Virus record (IMG/VR): IMGVR_UViG_3300028569_000019
Coordinates: 32,780-96,779 of that record
Origin: a virus
DNA: 64,000 bases
Strand: one strand, 5' to 3'
The notes below the pieces were generated by a model that did not search any database, was not told the DNA's origin, and saw only the letters and a list, made by a program, of their open reading frames with translations. Numbering within the stretch: position 1 is the stretch's first letter; each line of letters begins with the position of its first letter. The position numbers were made by a program, and so were the translations under genes. Shown piece after piece: positions 30,801 to 39,403 of the stretch.

Positions 30801-31724
30801 ATTACAGCTGGTAATACACAAGGTCTAGATTGTACAAATATCAATAGCCCAGGTAGTATCGCTTATAAGCAAGCAATTGCTGCAATCGGTAATCCTGATG
30901 AATTTGATATCAACTTGATCGTAACTCCAGGTATCTTCCGTGAACAACACAGTTATGTTACCGAATTGGTAATTGATATGTGTGAAACTCGTCAAGATTG
31001 TTTCTACATTATGGATAACGTAGTGTTCCCAGCAAGCAATCAAACTGTAGGATTGATTGATGCAGCAATTAATACTGTTGCTACAATTGACAGTAACTAT
31101 GTAGGTACTTATTATCCTTGGGTTAAGATCCTAGATACTAATACCAACAAGATTATTAGTGTTCCTCCTTCAGTAGTATTGCCAGCAGTTTATGCTGCTA
31201 ACGATAACTCCGCTGCTGAATGGTACGCTCCAGCCGGTCTAAACCGTGGTGGTATTCCAACCGCTGTACAAGTACTTGATCGTGTAACTCACAGTGAACG
31301 TGATACCTTGTATGAAGGTCGTGTAAATCCAATCGCAGCATTCCCTGGTCAAGGTATTTGTGTATGGGGTCAAAAGACTCTACAAATCGCTCCAAGCGCT
31401 TTGGATCGTATCAATGTACGTCGTTTGTTGATCAACTTGAAGAAGTTTATCGCAAGTTCAAGCAACTACTTGGTATTCGAACAAAACGTTGCTTCTACAA
31501 GAAATCGTTTCTTGAGTATTGTAACTCCATATTTGGAATCAGTACAACAACGTAACGGTATCTACGCATTCCAAGTCAAGATGGATGCTGAAAACAATAC
31601 TCCTGACTTGATTGATAGAAATATTCTATATGGTCAAATCTTTATCCAACCAACCCGTACTGCTGAATTCATTATCCTCGATTTCAGCATACTCCCAACG
31701 GGAGGGGCTAGTTTTAATGCTTAA
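27807..31724 (+). CDS. gp18: Tail sheath protein with large insertions
   Basis: SPGVFTRENDLS N-terminus; WYAPAGLNRG, WGQKTLQ, LDRINVRRLL and PTRTAEFI motifs. Confidence 0.95.
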   Translation: MAIQEGGRFAPTQNIVSPGVFTRENDLSGLAQGVANIGGAIIAPFADGPAFFPNTITDVADLETRFGVADGVYYGPYTAKEYLLQQGIVTVVRVGGLTGYWQKNPLIVYAQPGIWDRDADKGAITTASFMYIDTADYTSNVIYQQTSTPISITGSAAIKGSVGSGITGSATFTRATTAEIASFLATVGSVVGINSLSASLSISSSFGKVFKVVSTRHYELFSSSVVARGGKVAKLGSSTDHSLAAFDFEKSNINGSVTVGGASSAKLKLTFDTSTSNSYLTSSFNAPNTFGLVFAKAANQNTSFATASLSGAGLSSSIQLTQRIDISTMTISGSLNVKFGSATLTSGVTADDVDGVGKLSGSILYANKTVDIGSVSSGLLVRKFSTATLANGNAKPVGTKFFLLTSSLQGSNIDAETAIATAFDESTTTVDLVSSSYFNGNIAYNLTNFNVEAATTLTLQSGSFHSLRGVGTCVAGLQVRGVVSGDFGKYTGGFTSQDNASPDQCNPVLTGRQKLILSVLANTQNASSQFTSDYQVFGFNTSTLSQLTSSTFPYKGVINPNENVYNLALKYSYTNPAGGTSAGTYGYYDFSLNENDNNYIKEVFGVDPTVGNPNKQVAGQKVEAAYNYVLFEDSIKKFVAEKTSAYGWRLQVGTSNLSGSSIVGEPLKFVDQYSTDLNNGDSQFSITNASTPWIYSQKIAPFKGSADVAAQPTKFKLFKVHTLSDGTLSNTKFKIEISNVKLAGTVPGSDWGSFTLAVRAYSDTDKKPKYLEIYQNLNLDPESANYVARRIGNRYAYITYAGKLIQFGDFTTLSKYIRIEASDVSYPVSCVPYGFESYSTPIDSTASNYVPAIQYSKASIYGLGPGKYPSGTVFGSVPGTDSEIQALYPTSSFGVGVDNNTKQYFKPLPYYGTSDSNGTNIDFDLEDKVWGTTNSKFYAQGTYVSTGSLLSPTLSGSIPSVYDAVNESTYVKLRKFVLGFQGGFEGQWPAIPINVGGNITAGNTQGLDCTNINSPGSIAYKQAIAAIGNPDEFDINLIVTPGIFREQHSYVTELVIDMCETRQDCFYIMDNVVFPASNQTVGLIDAAINTVATIDSNYVGTYYPWVKILDTNTNKIISVPPSVVLPAVYAANDNSAAEWYAPAGLNRGGIPTAVQVLDRVTHSERDTLYEGRVNPIAAFPGQGICVWGQKTLQIAPSALDRINVRRLLINLKKFIASSSNYLVFEQNVASTRNRFLSIVTPYLESVQQRNGIYAFQVKMDAENNTPDLIDRNILYGQIFIQPTRTAEFIILDFSILPTGGASFNA

Positions 31725-31740
31725 TAATTAATAAATCACA

Positions 31741-31778
31741 AAACCCCGCTTATTTCTAAGCGGGGTTTTATTTTTTTT
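31741..31778 (+). terminator. Rho-independent terminator
   Basis: AAACCCCGCTTA-TTTC-TAAGCGGGGTTT hairpin followed by a T tract after the sheath gene. Confidence 0.9.
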
Positions 31779-31824
31779 GATTTTTGACACTATAGTGTAA
31801 TATTTATCTATTAGATAAGGAGTA

Positions 31825-33336
31825 TTGTTTATGACTGAACGAGGTAAAAAAATTAGAGAAGCATTTTTTAAAAAATACGGAGTATATCATCCATCACAGC
31901 TGCCTGGCGTTAAAGAAAAAATAAAACAAAAACGAGAGAGTGGTGCATATGATAATATGATTACGAAGATGAAAAAAACAAAATTGGAAAAATATGGCGA
32001 TGAAAATTATTCAAACTTAGAAAAAGGAAAAAAAACAAAATTAGAAAAATACGGGGATGAAAATTTCAATAACAGAGAAAAAATGTTAAAAACCAATGTT
32101 GAAAAATATGGTATGAATGTATCTCCAAATACTCTTGAAAAAACAAAACAAAGAGCTAATAATGGAGAACTCGGTTTTAAGTCCGAGAAATACAAACAAT
32201 ATTTGGAGAATAATAATATTGACAATGTATCTCAATTATCCAGTGTAAGAGAAAAAAGAAAACTTCATAAAATTCAAGAATCTTTACATAATATTTTTGA
32301 AGGAAATCGATTGAAAGGTATAGTTGTCCCATTATTTAATAAAGATGAATATGTAGGTACGGAATATAATAATTTATATAAATTTAAATGTAGTGTATGT
32401 CATAACGAATTTGAAGATAATTTGTATTCTGGTAATATACCTAGATGTTTAATCTGCAATCCACACAATAGATTTAAATCTACAATTGAAACTGAAATAT
32501 TGAGTTTTTTACATTTACACGACGTTGTGACTAAACATCACGATAGAAATATATTAGACGGAGAAGAAATTGATATTTTAGTACCTCATTTGAATTTAGG
32601 CATAGAATGTGATGGAATATATTGGCACAGTGAACTTGCTGGTGGTAAAGATAAACATTATCATTTACATAAAACTAAGTTGTCACTTGATAAAAATATT
32701 CAATTGATGCATATATGGGATTGGGAATGGCGATGCAAACAAGATATAATAAAAAGCATTTTATTAAGTAAGATTGGTAAGTCCAAAAGAATATTTGCAC
32801 GTAAATGTGAAATAAAGCAAGTGATCAATGATGAAAAATCTGCATTTTTGATTGATAACCATATACAAGGAAATGACACATCATCTATTAGATTGGGATT
32901 ATACCACAATGATGTTTTGGTATCACTAATGACATTTGTTAAATCTAGATATGACAAAAAATATCAATATGAGTTATCTAGATATTGTAATATATTAAAT
33001 ACAAATGTAATAGGAGGCGCTTCTAAATTGTTCAATTATTTTATAAAAAATTACGATGTAAATTCGATTGTAACATATAGCGACCGAAGATTGTTTACTG
33101 GTAATTTATATAAACAAATTGGTATGTCGTTTGTAGATAACACTCCTTCTGGATATCACTATTTTCATAAAAATAAAGGAGTACCAATTGAAAGAAGCCA
33201 TTTTCAAAAACATAAATTAAAAGAAAAGCTTGAAAAATTTGATATTAATTTAAGTGAATGGCAAAATATGCAAATTAATGGCTATGATAGAATTTGGGAT
33301 TGTGGACATATGAAATTTAACTGGAATCGTAAATGA
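31825..33336 (+). CDS. Hef-like free-standing homing endonuclease (likely start ATG 31831)
   Basis: KTKLEKYGDEN repeats, CxxC pairs, EIDI..LGIECDGIYWHS (Vsr/DUF559-like) and GGASKL..TYSDRR..IWDCG C-terminus. Confidence 0.8.
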   Translation: MFMTERGKKIREAFFKKYGVYHPSQLPGVKEKIKQKRESGAYDNMITKMKKTKLEKYGDENYSNLEKGKKTKLEKYGDENFNNREKMLKTNVEKYGMNVSPNTLEKTKQRANNGELGFKSEKYKQYLENNNIDNVSQLSSVREKRKLHKIQESLHNIFEGNRLKGIVVPLFNKDEYVGTEYNNLYKFKCSVCHNEFEDNLYSGNIPRCLICNPHNRFKSTIETEILSFLHLHDVVTKHHDRNILDGEEIDILVPHLNLGIECDGIYWHSELAGGKDKHYHLHKTKLSLDKNIQLMHIWDWEWRCKQDIIKSILLSKIGKSKRIFARKCEIKQVINDEKSAFLIDNHIQGNDTSSIRLGLYHNDVLVSLMTFVKSRYDKKYQYELSRYCNILNTNVIGGASKLFNYFIKNYDVNSIVTYSDRRLFTGNLYKQIGMSFVDNTPSGYHYFHKNKGVPIERSHFQKHKLKEKLEKFDINLSEWQNMQINGYDRIWDCGHMKFNWNRK

Positions 33337-33352
33337 TTACTATTTATATATT

Positions 33353-33643
33353 ATGATACTATTAACAAGAATTATTGAAGATTTAACTAAACCACAGGTT
33401 AAAGAAGCAGTTGACCCATCTCTATTAAAATTAATAGATGAAGTTATTAATGATACAAACGTTTTAGTTGTTAATAATTTGAAAATGGTAAAGGATATTT
33501 TGTCAAAAGAACCAATTGACAAAGCTAAATTAGATGTGGCTCTAAGCAACTATAAACGTTATTTTAATAGAGACAATGGTGGTACACCCGAAGTAATTCG
33601 TGGTATGACTATGCAAAATAAACTAGACGAGTTATCAAAATGA
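33353..33643 (+). CDS. Hypothetical protein with shared N-terminal leader
   Basis: Preceded by TATTTATA; starts MILLTRIIE. Confidence 0.65.
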   Translation: MILLTRIIEDLTKPQVKEAVDPSLLKLIDEVINDTNVLVVNNLKMVKDILSKEPIDKAKLDVALSNYKRYFNRDNGGTPEVIRGMTMQNKLDELSK

Positions 33644-34425
33644 TTAGTTTAACCGATCTATTGTTAGAAGCCAAACTTCCTCAAAGCGAGCAAGATATGG
33701 ATCTTTATGCCCGCAAATACAAAAAGACTATAGATTATTTACGTACTAAAAACAAAGTACTATTACTAACTACTAGTAATAGATGGAGTCAACACAAAGA
33801 CGATGTTCCAAAGAGTACTCAATTAGCAATTAAGATACAAGAACTATTGGGTAAAGAAAAAGTCACATTGATTGAAGTACCTAGTTTAAATATAGCTCCT
33901 TGCGAAGGTAATGTTAGTAGCAATTTGAAGTACGATGGAAATCATTGTGGTGTAAAAGGTGCGTTGCTTAAAGATAAAGATAAGAATCCAACCGGATATC
34001 ATCGTTGTTGGGCAAGTTTAAATAATAAAAACGATGAACTTTGGAAGATTACCAAAGAACTATTTGAAAGTGATTGCGTTGTATTTTTTGCTAGTGTTAG
34101 ATGGGGTCAAGCCAATGGTTACTATCAGAAATTAATTGAAAGATTAACTTGGATTGAAAATAGACATTCTACATTGGGCGAAAAGAATGTTGTACAAGAT
34201 ATTGAATCTGGATTCATTGCAGTTGGACAAAACTGGCACGGTAAACAAGTTGTAGAAACACAAAGAGCTGTGTTGGGAGATTATTATAAATTTAAAACCC
34301 CAGATCAATTATTTTGGAATTGGCAATTTACACAAGATGATACAGACGAAACCAAACGTTCGTATGATAAATCGATCAGAGTATTTGATAAAACATTTTT
34401 AAAACCATATGATAAGACTAAATAA
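33640..34425 (+). CDS. Flavodoxin-fold / NADPH-FMN reductase (iron-sulfur flavoprotein/WrbA-like)
   Basis: VLLLTTSNR, IAPCEGNVS..HC..RCW and ESDCVVFFASVRWG...KLIERL motifs. Confidence 0.75.
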   Translation: MISLTDLLLEAKLPQSEQDMDLYARKYKKTIDYLRTKNKVLLLTTSNRWSQHKDDVPKSTQLAIKIQELLGKEKVTLIEVPSLNIAPCEGNVSSNLKYDGNHCGVKGALLKDKDKNPTGYHRCWASLNNKNDELWKITKELFESDCVVFFASVRWGQANGYYQKLIERLTWIENRHSTLGEKNVVQDIESGFIAVGQNWHGKQVVETQRAVLGDYYKFKTPDQLFWNWQFTQDDTDETKRSYDKSIRVFDKTFLKPYDKTK

Positions 34426-35263
34426 CATTTTAAGTGAAGTAATACAAGAAGGTGGTGCCGGAGGTCATAGGAATTTAGTTAATGAAAATAACGGCACTGT
34501 ATGTTGTGTAATTTGTAATAAATGGTTTGGTCAAATAACTAAAAACCATTTAAAATTTAAACATAACATTTCATTAGAAGAATATGTTCAAAAATATAAT
34601 GTTCCCACAATCGCGGAAAGTAAAAAAAATATCGGTGATAAAAACCCGATGAAAACTTATTTAAATAAAAATAAATGGGAAAAAATAATTAAATCTGAAG
34701 AACATAAGCAAAAACAACGAACGATATCTTTAAATCACATTTCTTCTTTATCGGAAGAAGAAAAGAAAAAATATAATGGTTGGAAAAATGATAATATAGA
34801 CAAAGATAATTTCAGAAAAAAAGTATCCGTGGGTGTTAAAAAAAGCTATGAAAATACAGAACTCCGAGTTTTGAGAAGTAATACTATAGGTTTAATTGGA
34901 AAGAAAAATTTATTAGAAAGATATAATGAAAAAATAAAAATGGGTGAATGGATTTCCCCGGAAAATAAAACCGATTATATTGGTTACAGAGATAGAGTAA
35001 GAAAACTTACAGACGAAAATTTTCAAAAACAGTTTTTAAATATAAAAAATGCTAAACTTAGAGGCAATGGTTGGGATTTAGATCATAAAATCAGTATTCA
35101 TTATGGTTTTAAAAATCATATACCTGAAGAGCATATATCACATATTAAAAATCTGGAAATGTTACCATCAAAAATAAATTATAAAAAAGGTAGTAATTGT
35201 TCTATGTCATACGAATCATTATTAGAATCAATAGAAAAGGAAAATTATGATAAAAATATCTAA
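34409..35263 (+). CDS. HNH homing endonuclease fused to a captured 20-aa N-terminus
   Basis: CVIC..HLKFKH zinc finger; WDLDHKISI...NLEMLPSKIN..KG HNH core; N-terminus ...EGGAGGH is duplicated in the next gene. Confidence 0.8.
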   Translation: MIRLNNILSEVIQEGGAGGHRNLVNENNGTVCCVICNKWFGQITKNHLKFKHNISLEEYVQKYNVPTIAESKKNIGDKNPMKTYLNKNKWEKIIKSEEHKQKQRTISLNHISSLSEEEKKKYNGWKNDNIDKDNFRKKVSVGVKKSYENTELRVLRSNTIGLIGKKNLLERYNEKIKMGEWISPENKTDYIGYRDRVRKLTDENFQKQFLNIKNAKLRGNGWDLDHKISIHYGFKNHIPEEHISHIKNLEMLPSKINYKKGSNCSMSYESLLESIEKENYDKNI

Positions 35264-36299
35264 ACTTTTAGTTTCTTTATTTGAAAATAAAAAACTATTA
35301 ACTTGTGGCGGGGCGGGAGGTCATATGGCACATCCATTTGATTTTGTTGATACTGGTGCTAAATTGGTAGATGTATTTGCGAAAGCAGTAAAGTCTTTGA
35401 AGCAAGGCGCCGGCAGTGTAAAGATTGACGGTGTTAATGCAAGTATCCGCATGGTAAACGGTCAATTTGTAATGGATCGTGGATCAGCAAAACCACTTGA
35501 TATCAAAGGAATGAGACCTGAAGATTTGGAGACAAGATTTGGGGCTGGTCACGGATTTGTTAATATAGGTGCTAAAGTTATTAATATTTTTGACGCTGCA
35601 GTTCCGTCTACGCAATCTGAATTGAAAACGCTTGGGTTACTAGATAATCCTAATATACTATTCAACATTGAATATGTAGAGGGACAAACAAATGTATTGG
35701 GATATGGTGAAATTGGAAACTTTTTAGCTATCCACGGATTAAAAGAAATTAAACCAAAAACATTTGGTAAAGATGGAAGTGTTAAATCAAGAGAAGCCGT
35801 TGAAATACCATATGATAAAACAGCAATGCAGTCTTATATAAACAAATTAAATAAGGTTGCTATGAAGAGTGGTTTTAAGGTATTGGGTAGCATTGACACT
35901 ACTTTCAAATCAGAACCAAAACTAGCAAGCGTTTTGACGCAGCCAGTTACATTGTATCCTACTGGCGAAGCTGTAACTAAGTCTTTGAAAGATTGGTTAA
36001 AAGGATTAAAGTTTAAAACTCCTCTTATTACACGTGAACAATTTTTGAAGGCGGTTGATAGTAAGAATATCAGTCAAGAGTTTCCAGGTCAAGATGTAAA
36101 CAAAATAGTTAATGATACTATTGTTTATTTAACCACAATTAAATTGGGAGATGAAATATTAAAAAATGCTACCAGTGAAATTGGAGACTTGGAAAAACAC
36201 GAAGGTATAGTTGTAAGAGACTCAAGTATTTATGGCAATCCATTTAAAATTACAGGAAGTTTTATTATAAAAGGTCTTGGAAGTAAGTTTAAGAAATAA
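35247..36299 (+). CDS. ATP-dependent ligase/nucleotidyltransferase-fold protein
   Basis: KIDG (KxDG motif I), NIEY, EGIVVR (motif IV) and FKITG (motif V). Confidence 0.6.
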   Translation: MIKISKLLVSLFENKKLLTCGGAGGHMAHPFDFVDTGAKLVDVFAKAVKSLKQGAGSVKIDGVNASIRMVNGQFVMDRGSAKPLDIKGMRPEDLETRFGAGHGFVNIGAKVINIFDAAVPSTQSELKTLGLLDNPNILFNIEYVEGQTNVLGYGEIGNFLAIHGLKEIKPKTFGKDGSVKSREAVEIPYDKTAMQSYINKLNKVAMKSGFKVLGSIDTTFKSEPKLASVLTQPVTLYPTGEAVTKSLKDWLKGLKFKTPLITREQFLKAVDSKNISQEFPGQDVNKIVNDTIVYLTTIKLGDEILKNATSEIGDLEKHEGIVVRDSSIYGNPFKITGSFIIKGLGSKFKK

Positions 36300-36317
36300 A
36301 TTAAATACATATTTGTT

Positions 36318-36359
36318 ATGAAGAAAGCATCAGGTAAAAGTAATCTTTTATTTTTTTAA
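36318..36359 (+). pseudogene. Orphaned 5' stub (MKKASGKSNLLFF*) of gene 37168..37839
   Basis: GKSNL recurs, recoded, at 37207..37221 downstream of the endonuclease. Confidence 0.65.
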
Positions 36360-36374
36360 TCATATTTATTCTAT

Positions 36375-37178
36375 ATGAATGAAAGGTCTATGTCTAATAC
36401 CGGAATATATAAAATAAAAAATATCATCAACAACGATTGTTATATTGGAAGTGCATCATATACTTTTAATAAACGATGGAATACACATAAACACCAATTA
36501 AAAAATAATAAACATCATTCTATTATTCTTCAAAGAGCGTGGAATAAATACGGAGAAAACAATTTTAATTTTGAAATCATAGAATATTGTGAACCATCTG
36601 AATGTCTAATAAAAGAACAACATTATTTGGATAATTTAAAACCAAAATATAATATAAATCCTAATGCTGAAAGTCCACTTGGCAGAAAACTTAAACCAGA
36701 AGACTGTAAAAAAATATCAGATAGAACAAGTGGTATAAAAAATCCATTTTTTGGAAAACATCACACAGAAGAAACTAAAAAATTACTTTCGGAGAAGTTG
36801 AAAGGAAAAAATAAAGGAAAATTTTTGGCAGAAAAAAACCCAATGTATAAAAAAACACATTCTGATGAAAATAAAAAAATAATGTCTATATCTAGTCATC
36901 AATTTTGGAATAGTGAAATGGGAATAAAATTAAAAGAAATCAAATCAAAAGAAAAATTAGGAAAAACTAATCAATTTGCAAAAAAAGGAACAGAACATCC
37001 GAATTTTGTTTCTACAACATACAGATTCTTAAATAAACAATCAAATGAAGAATTCATGGGAACTATGTTTGATTTTAGAAAAAAATATAAACTGTGTTCA
37101 GATGTTTACTATCTATTAGATGGGAAAAAGAAAAAGTATAAACAATACAAAGGATGGGTTGTAAGTTATGAAAACTAA
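36375..37178 (+). CDS. GIY-YIG homing endonuclease with NUMOD3 motifs
   Basis: GIYKIKN...YIGSA; NPFFGKHHTEETKK; NPMYKKTHSDENKK. Confidence 0.92.
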   Translation: MNERSMSNTGIYKIKNIINNDCYIGSASYTFNKRWNTHKHQLKNNKHHSIILQRAWNKYGENNFNFEIIEYCEPSECLIKEQHYLDNLKPKYNINPNAESPLGRKLKPEDCKKISDRTSGIKNPFFGKHHTEETKKLLSEKLKGKNKGKFLAEKNPMYKKTHSDENKKIMSISSHQFWNSEMGIKLKEIKSKEKLGKTNQFAKKGTEHPNFVSTTYRFLNKQSNEEFMGTMFDFRKKYKLCSDVYYLLDGKKKKYKQYKGWVVSYEN

Positions 37179-37839
37179 TACTGGTAAAAATATAAAACTA
37201 AAAACGGGTAAATCTAATTTAGATATAGTTAGAAGTTATTTAAACGGGGAAAAGGCATTCGTACAAGTTGGCTATGATGCCAATTTAGAGAATAATAAAC
37301 GCAAAGAAGGTGACGAATGGGAGGACAGTCAAGGTCACAAATGGGTTTGGAAGAATAAAAGTAAACGTAGAGTTTCAAAACGTGCCACGATTATTAATGA
37401 ACAACGTTGTAAAACGTGTAATATGGACGTTCGATGGGGCAATTATTTGGACGACCGAGTTTGGCCCAAAACTGGATATTGTTATGATTGTTTTATCAAT
37501 TTTCAAACTGAACTAAAAATGATGGGAATGTTTGAAGTTTACAACGAACTACAGGATCTTAAAAACGAACGTAGTATTTTAGAAGATTACAAGAAAAAGT
37601 TTGAAGAAAGTAAAAAGTTCTGCGAAGAAAATAAAGATAAAGATGTTACATTTCTTGAGGAAGATGGATCGTTTGAAAAGTGGGATGGTAATATAGATTA
37701 CAATAAAATATTTGAAGATTTGACAAAGGATATAGGTGTCATTGACGTTCGATTGGAAGAATTGAATCTTAAAATAAAAGAGTACGAAGAGAAATATGAG
37801 TCAGCTAAATTTAAGAGAAATAATAAAGCAGGAGTATAA
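37168..37839 (+). CDS. Hypothetical Zn-binding protein upstream of terminase
   Basis: CKTC...CYDC plus a C-terminal coiled coil; overlaps the terL start. Confidence 0.65.
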   Translation: MKTNTGKNIKLKTGKSNLDIVRSYLNGEKAFVQVGYDANLENNKRKEGDEWEDSQGHKWVWKNKSKRRVSKRATIINEQRCKTCNMDVRWGNYLDDRVWPKTGYCYDCFINFQTELKMMGMFEVYNELQDLKNERSILEDYKKKFEESKKFCEENKDKDVTFLEEDGSFEKWDGNIDYNKIFEDLTKDIGVIDVRLEELNLKIKEYEEKYESAKFKRNNKAGV

Positions 37840-38629
37840 GAAGTGTATTGAGGATCCTATATACTTCATGAAGAAGTATGTTAAGATACAACATCCTATT
37901 AGAGGTACTGTTGGATTTGAACTTTATCCATTCCAAGAAGAAGCTTTACAAAACTTTGTTGATAATCAATTAAACATCGTTCTTAAGAGTCGTCAGATGG
38001 GTATCAGTACCCTTACAGCCGCTTATAGTTTGTGGTTAATGACATTTCATAATGATAAGAACATTCTTTGTATTAGTATTACGCAAGAAACAGCAAAAGA
38101 AATTGTCACTAAGGTAAGATTTGCGAATGACAATCTTCCGAGTTGGTTAAAAGTTCCTTGTGTAGAAGATAATAGATTATCATTGCGATTAAAGAACGGA
38201 TCTCAAATCAAAGCGGTTTCATCTGCTGGTACAGCTGGTCGTTCTTCTGCACTATCATTACTAATCATCGACGAAGCCGCATTTATCGATGGCATTGAAG
38301 AAATTTGGCTGTCGTCTCAATATACACTGTCTACTGGTGGTAGAGCTATTATACTAAGTACGCCGAACGGCGTTGGCAATTTCTTCCATAAAATTTGGGT
38401 TGAATCTGAAGAAGGCAAGAATAATTTTAAAACAATTAGATTACCTTGGCATTTACACCCAGAAAGAGATCAAACGTGGAGAGATAAACAAACTGAGTTG
38501 TCAGGAGTAAAAGGTGCAGCACAAGAATGTGATTGTCTATGGGGAGCGTCTACGATTAGAGTCAGAGATAAAACATCAGGAAAAGAATTTGATATTTCTT
38601 TAGAAAAATTGTATTCCGGAGAATTGTAA
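37796..38629 (+). CDS. terL: Terminase large subunit, N-terminal part + split intein N-fragment
   Basis: LYPFQ, KSRQMGIST (Walker A), LIIDEAAF (Walker B), LSTPNG; ends AQECD|CLWGAST... Confidence 0.95.
   Translation: MSQLNLREIIKQEYKKCIEDPIYFMKKYVKIQHPIRGTVGFELYPFQEEALQNFVDNQLNIVLKSRQMGISTLTAAYSLWLMTFHNDKNILCISITQETAKEIVTKVRFANDNLPSWLKVPCVEDNRLSLRLKNGSQIKAVSSAGTAGRSSALSLLIIDEAAFIDGIEEIWLSSQYTLSTGGRAIILSTPNGVGNFFHKIWVESEEGKNNFKTIRLPWHLHPERDQTWRDKQTELSGVKGAAQECDCLWGASTIRVRDKTSGKEFDISLEKLYSGEL
38534..38626 (+). mobile_element. Atypical split intein, IntN (31 aa)
   Basis: CLWGASTIRVRDKTSGKEFDISLEKLYSGEL: block A Cys1 followed shortly by a stop. Confidence 0.9.
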
Positions 38630-38650
38630 TCATATGTATTATACAAGAAT

Positions 38651-39403
38651 GTGATTGCAACCCATATGTGTGTACCTAAAAATTATGTAGCAGTCGGTTG
38701 GGATAAAATCAAGAAACAATTAAGTTGTGAAACTGATTTATATTCGTGTGAAGAAACCAAATCCGAATTGTTAAATGAAAATCATTATAAATTTTTATTT
38801 GGTCGTGCGAAGAATAGAACTCTGATAAAACAAAACCCAAAACTATATAAATCAATTCTTTTTCATACGCGTATTCTAGAAAATGCATTTAAACAACAAC
38901 AAAGTTACAAGGGATGGTATAATTTTTCTTATAGGATTCGTTTTATTGTTGAACATAATTACGATTTGACAAAATTAAAATGTCAATGTGGGAAGAAAAT
39001 AACATGGACGAAATATTGTCGTAGATGTCCGGAATATCATAAAACTCAAACTGGTAAAGTACATACTCCAGAAACAAAACAAAAAATGAGAGTATCCACA
39101 TTAAAGTATTTATCGGAAATAAAAGGTCAGATTATACCTCGTTATAATAAAAAATCAATACAACTAATTGAGGAATTTGGTAATACACATGGATATACAT
39201 TTAGACACGCTGAAAATGGCGGTGAAGTTTTTCTTAAAGAACTTGGTTATTTTCTAGATGCATATGATGAGAAAAATAATGTTGTGTTAGAAATATACGA
39301 AAAACGACACTACAAAAATGGTAAATTGAAACAAAGAGATTTTCAAAGAGAAAATGAAATTAAAAATTTGTTAGGATGTAAACTATTTACAATAGACATA
39401 TGA
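38651..39403 (+). CDS. Free-standing Vsr-like homing endonuclease between the split-intein halves
   Basis: CQC..CRRC, NUMOD3-like GKVHTPETKQKM and YFLDAYDEKNNVVLEIYEKRH. Confidence 0.8.
   Translation: MIATHMCVPKNYVAVGWDKIKKQLSCETDLYSCEETKSELLNENHYKFLFGRAKNRTLIKQNPKLYKSILFHTRILENAFKQQQSYKGWYNFSYRIRFIVEHNYDLTKLKCQCGKKITWTKYCRRCPEYHKTQTGKVHTPETKQKMRVSTLKYLSEIKGQIIPRYNKKSIQLIEEFGNTHGYTFRHAENGGEVFLKELGYFLDAYDEKNNVVLEIYEKRHYKNGKLKQRDFQRENEIKNLLGCKLFTIDI

Noticed and set aside
31784-31812. Sigma70 promoter from TTGACA at 31784
   Set aside because: No acceptable -10 hexamer at 16-18 nt spacing; ATATTTAT at 31800 is the better candidate
37168-37839. Small terminase subunit
   Set aside because: Position fits, but no recognisable gp16/TerS motif; left as hypothetical
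34409-39403. Group I introns around the endonuclease genes
   Set aside because: The flanks leave only 0-60 nt, too little for a ribozyme core; duplicated starts and intein motifs explain gene restoration
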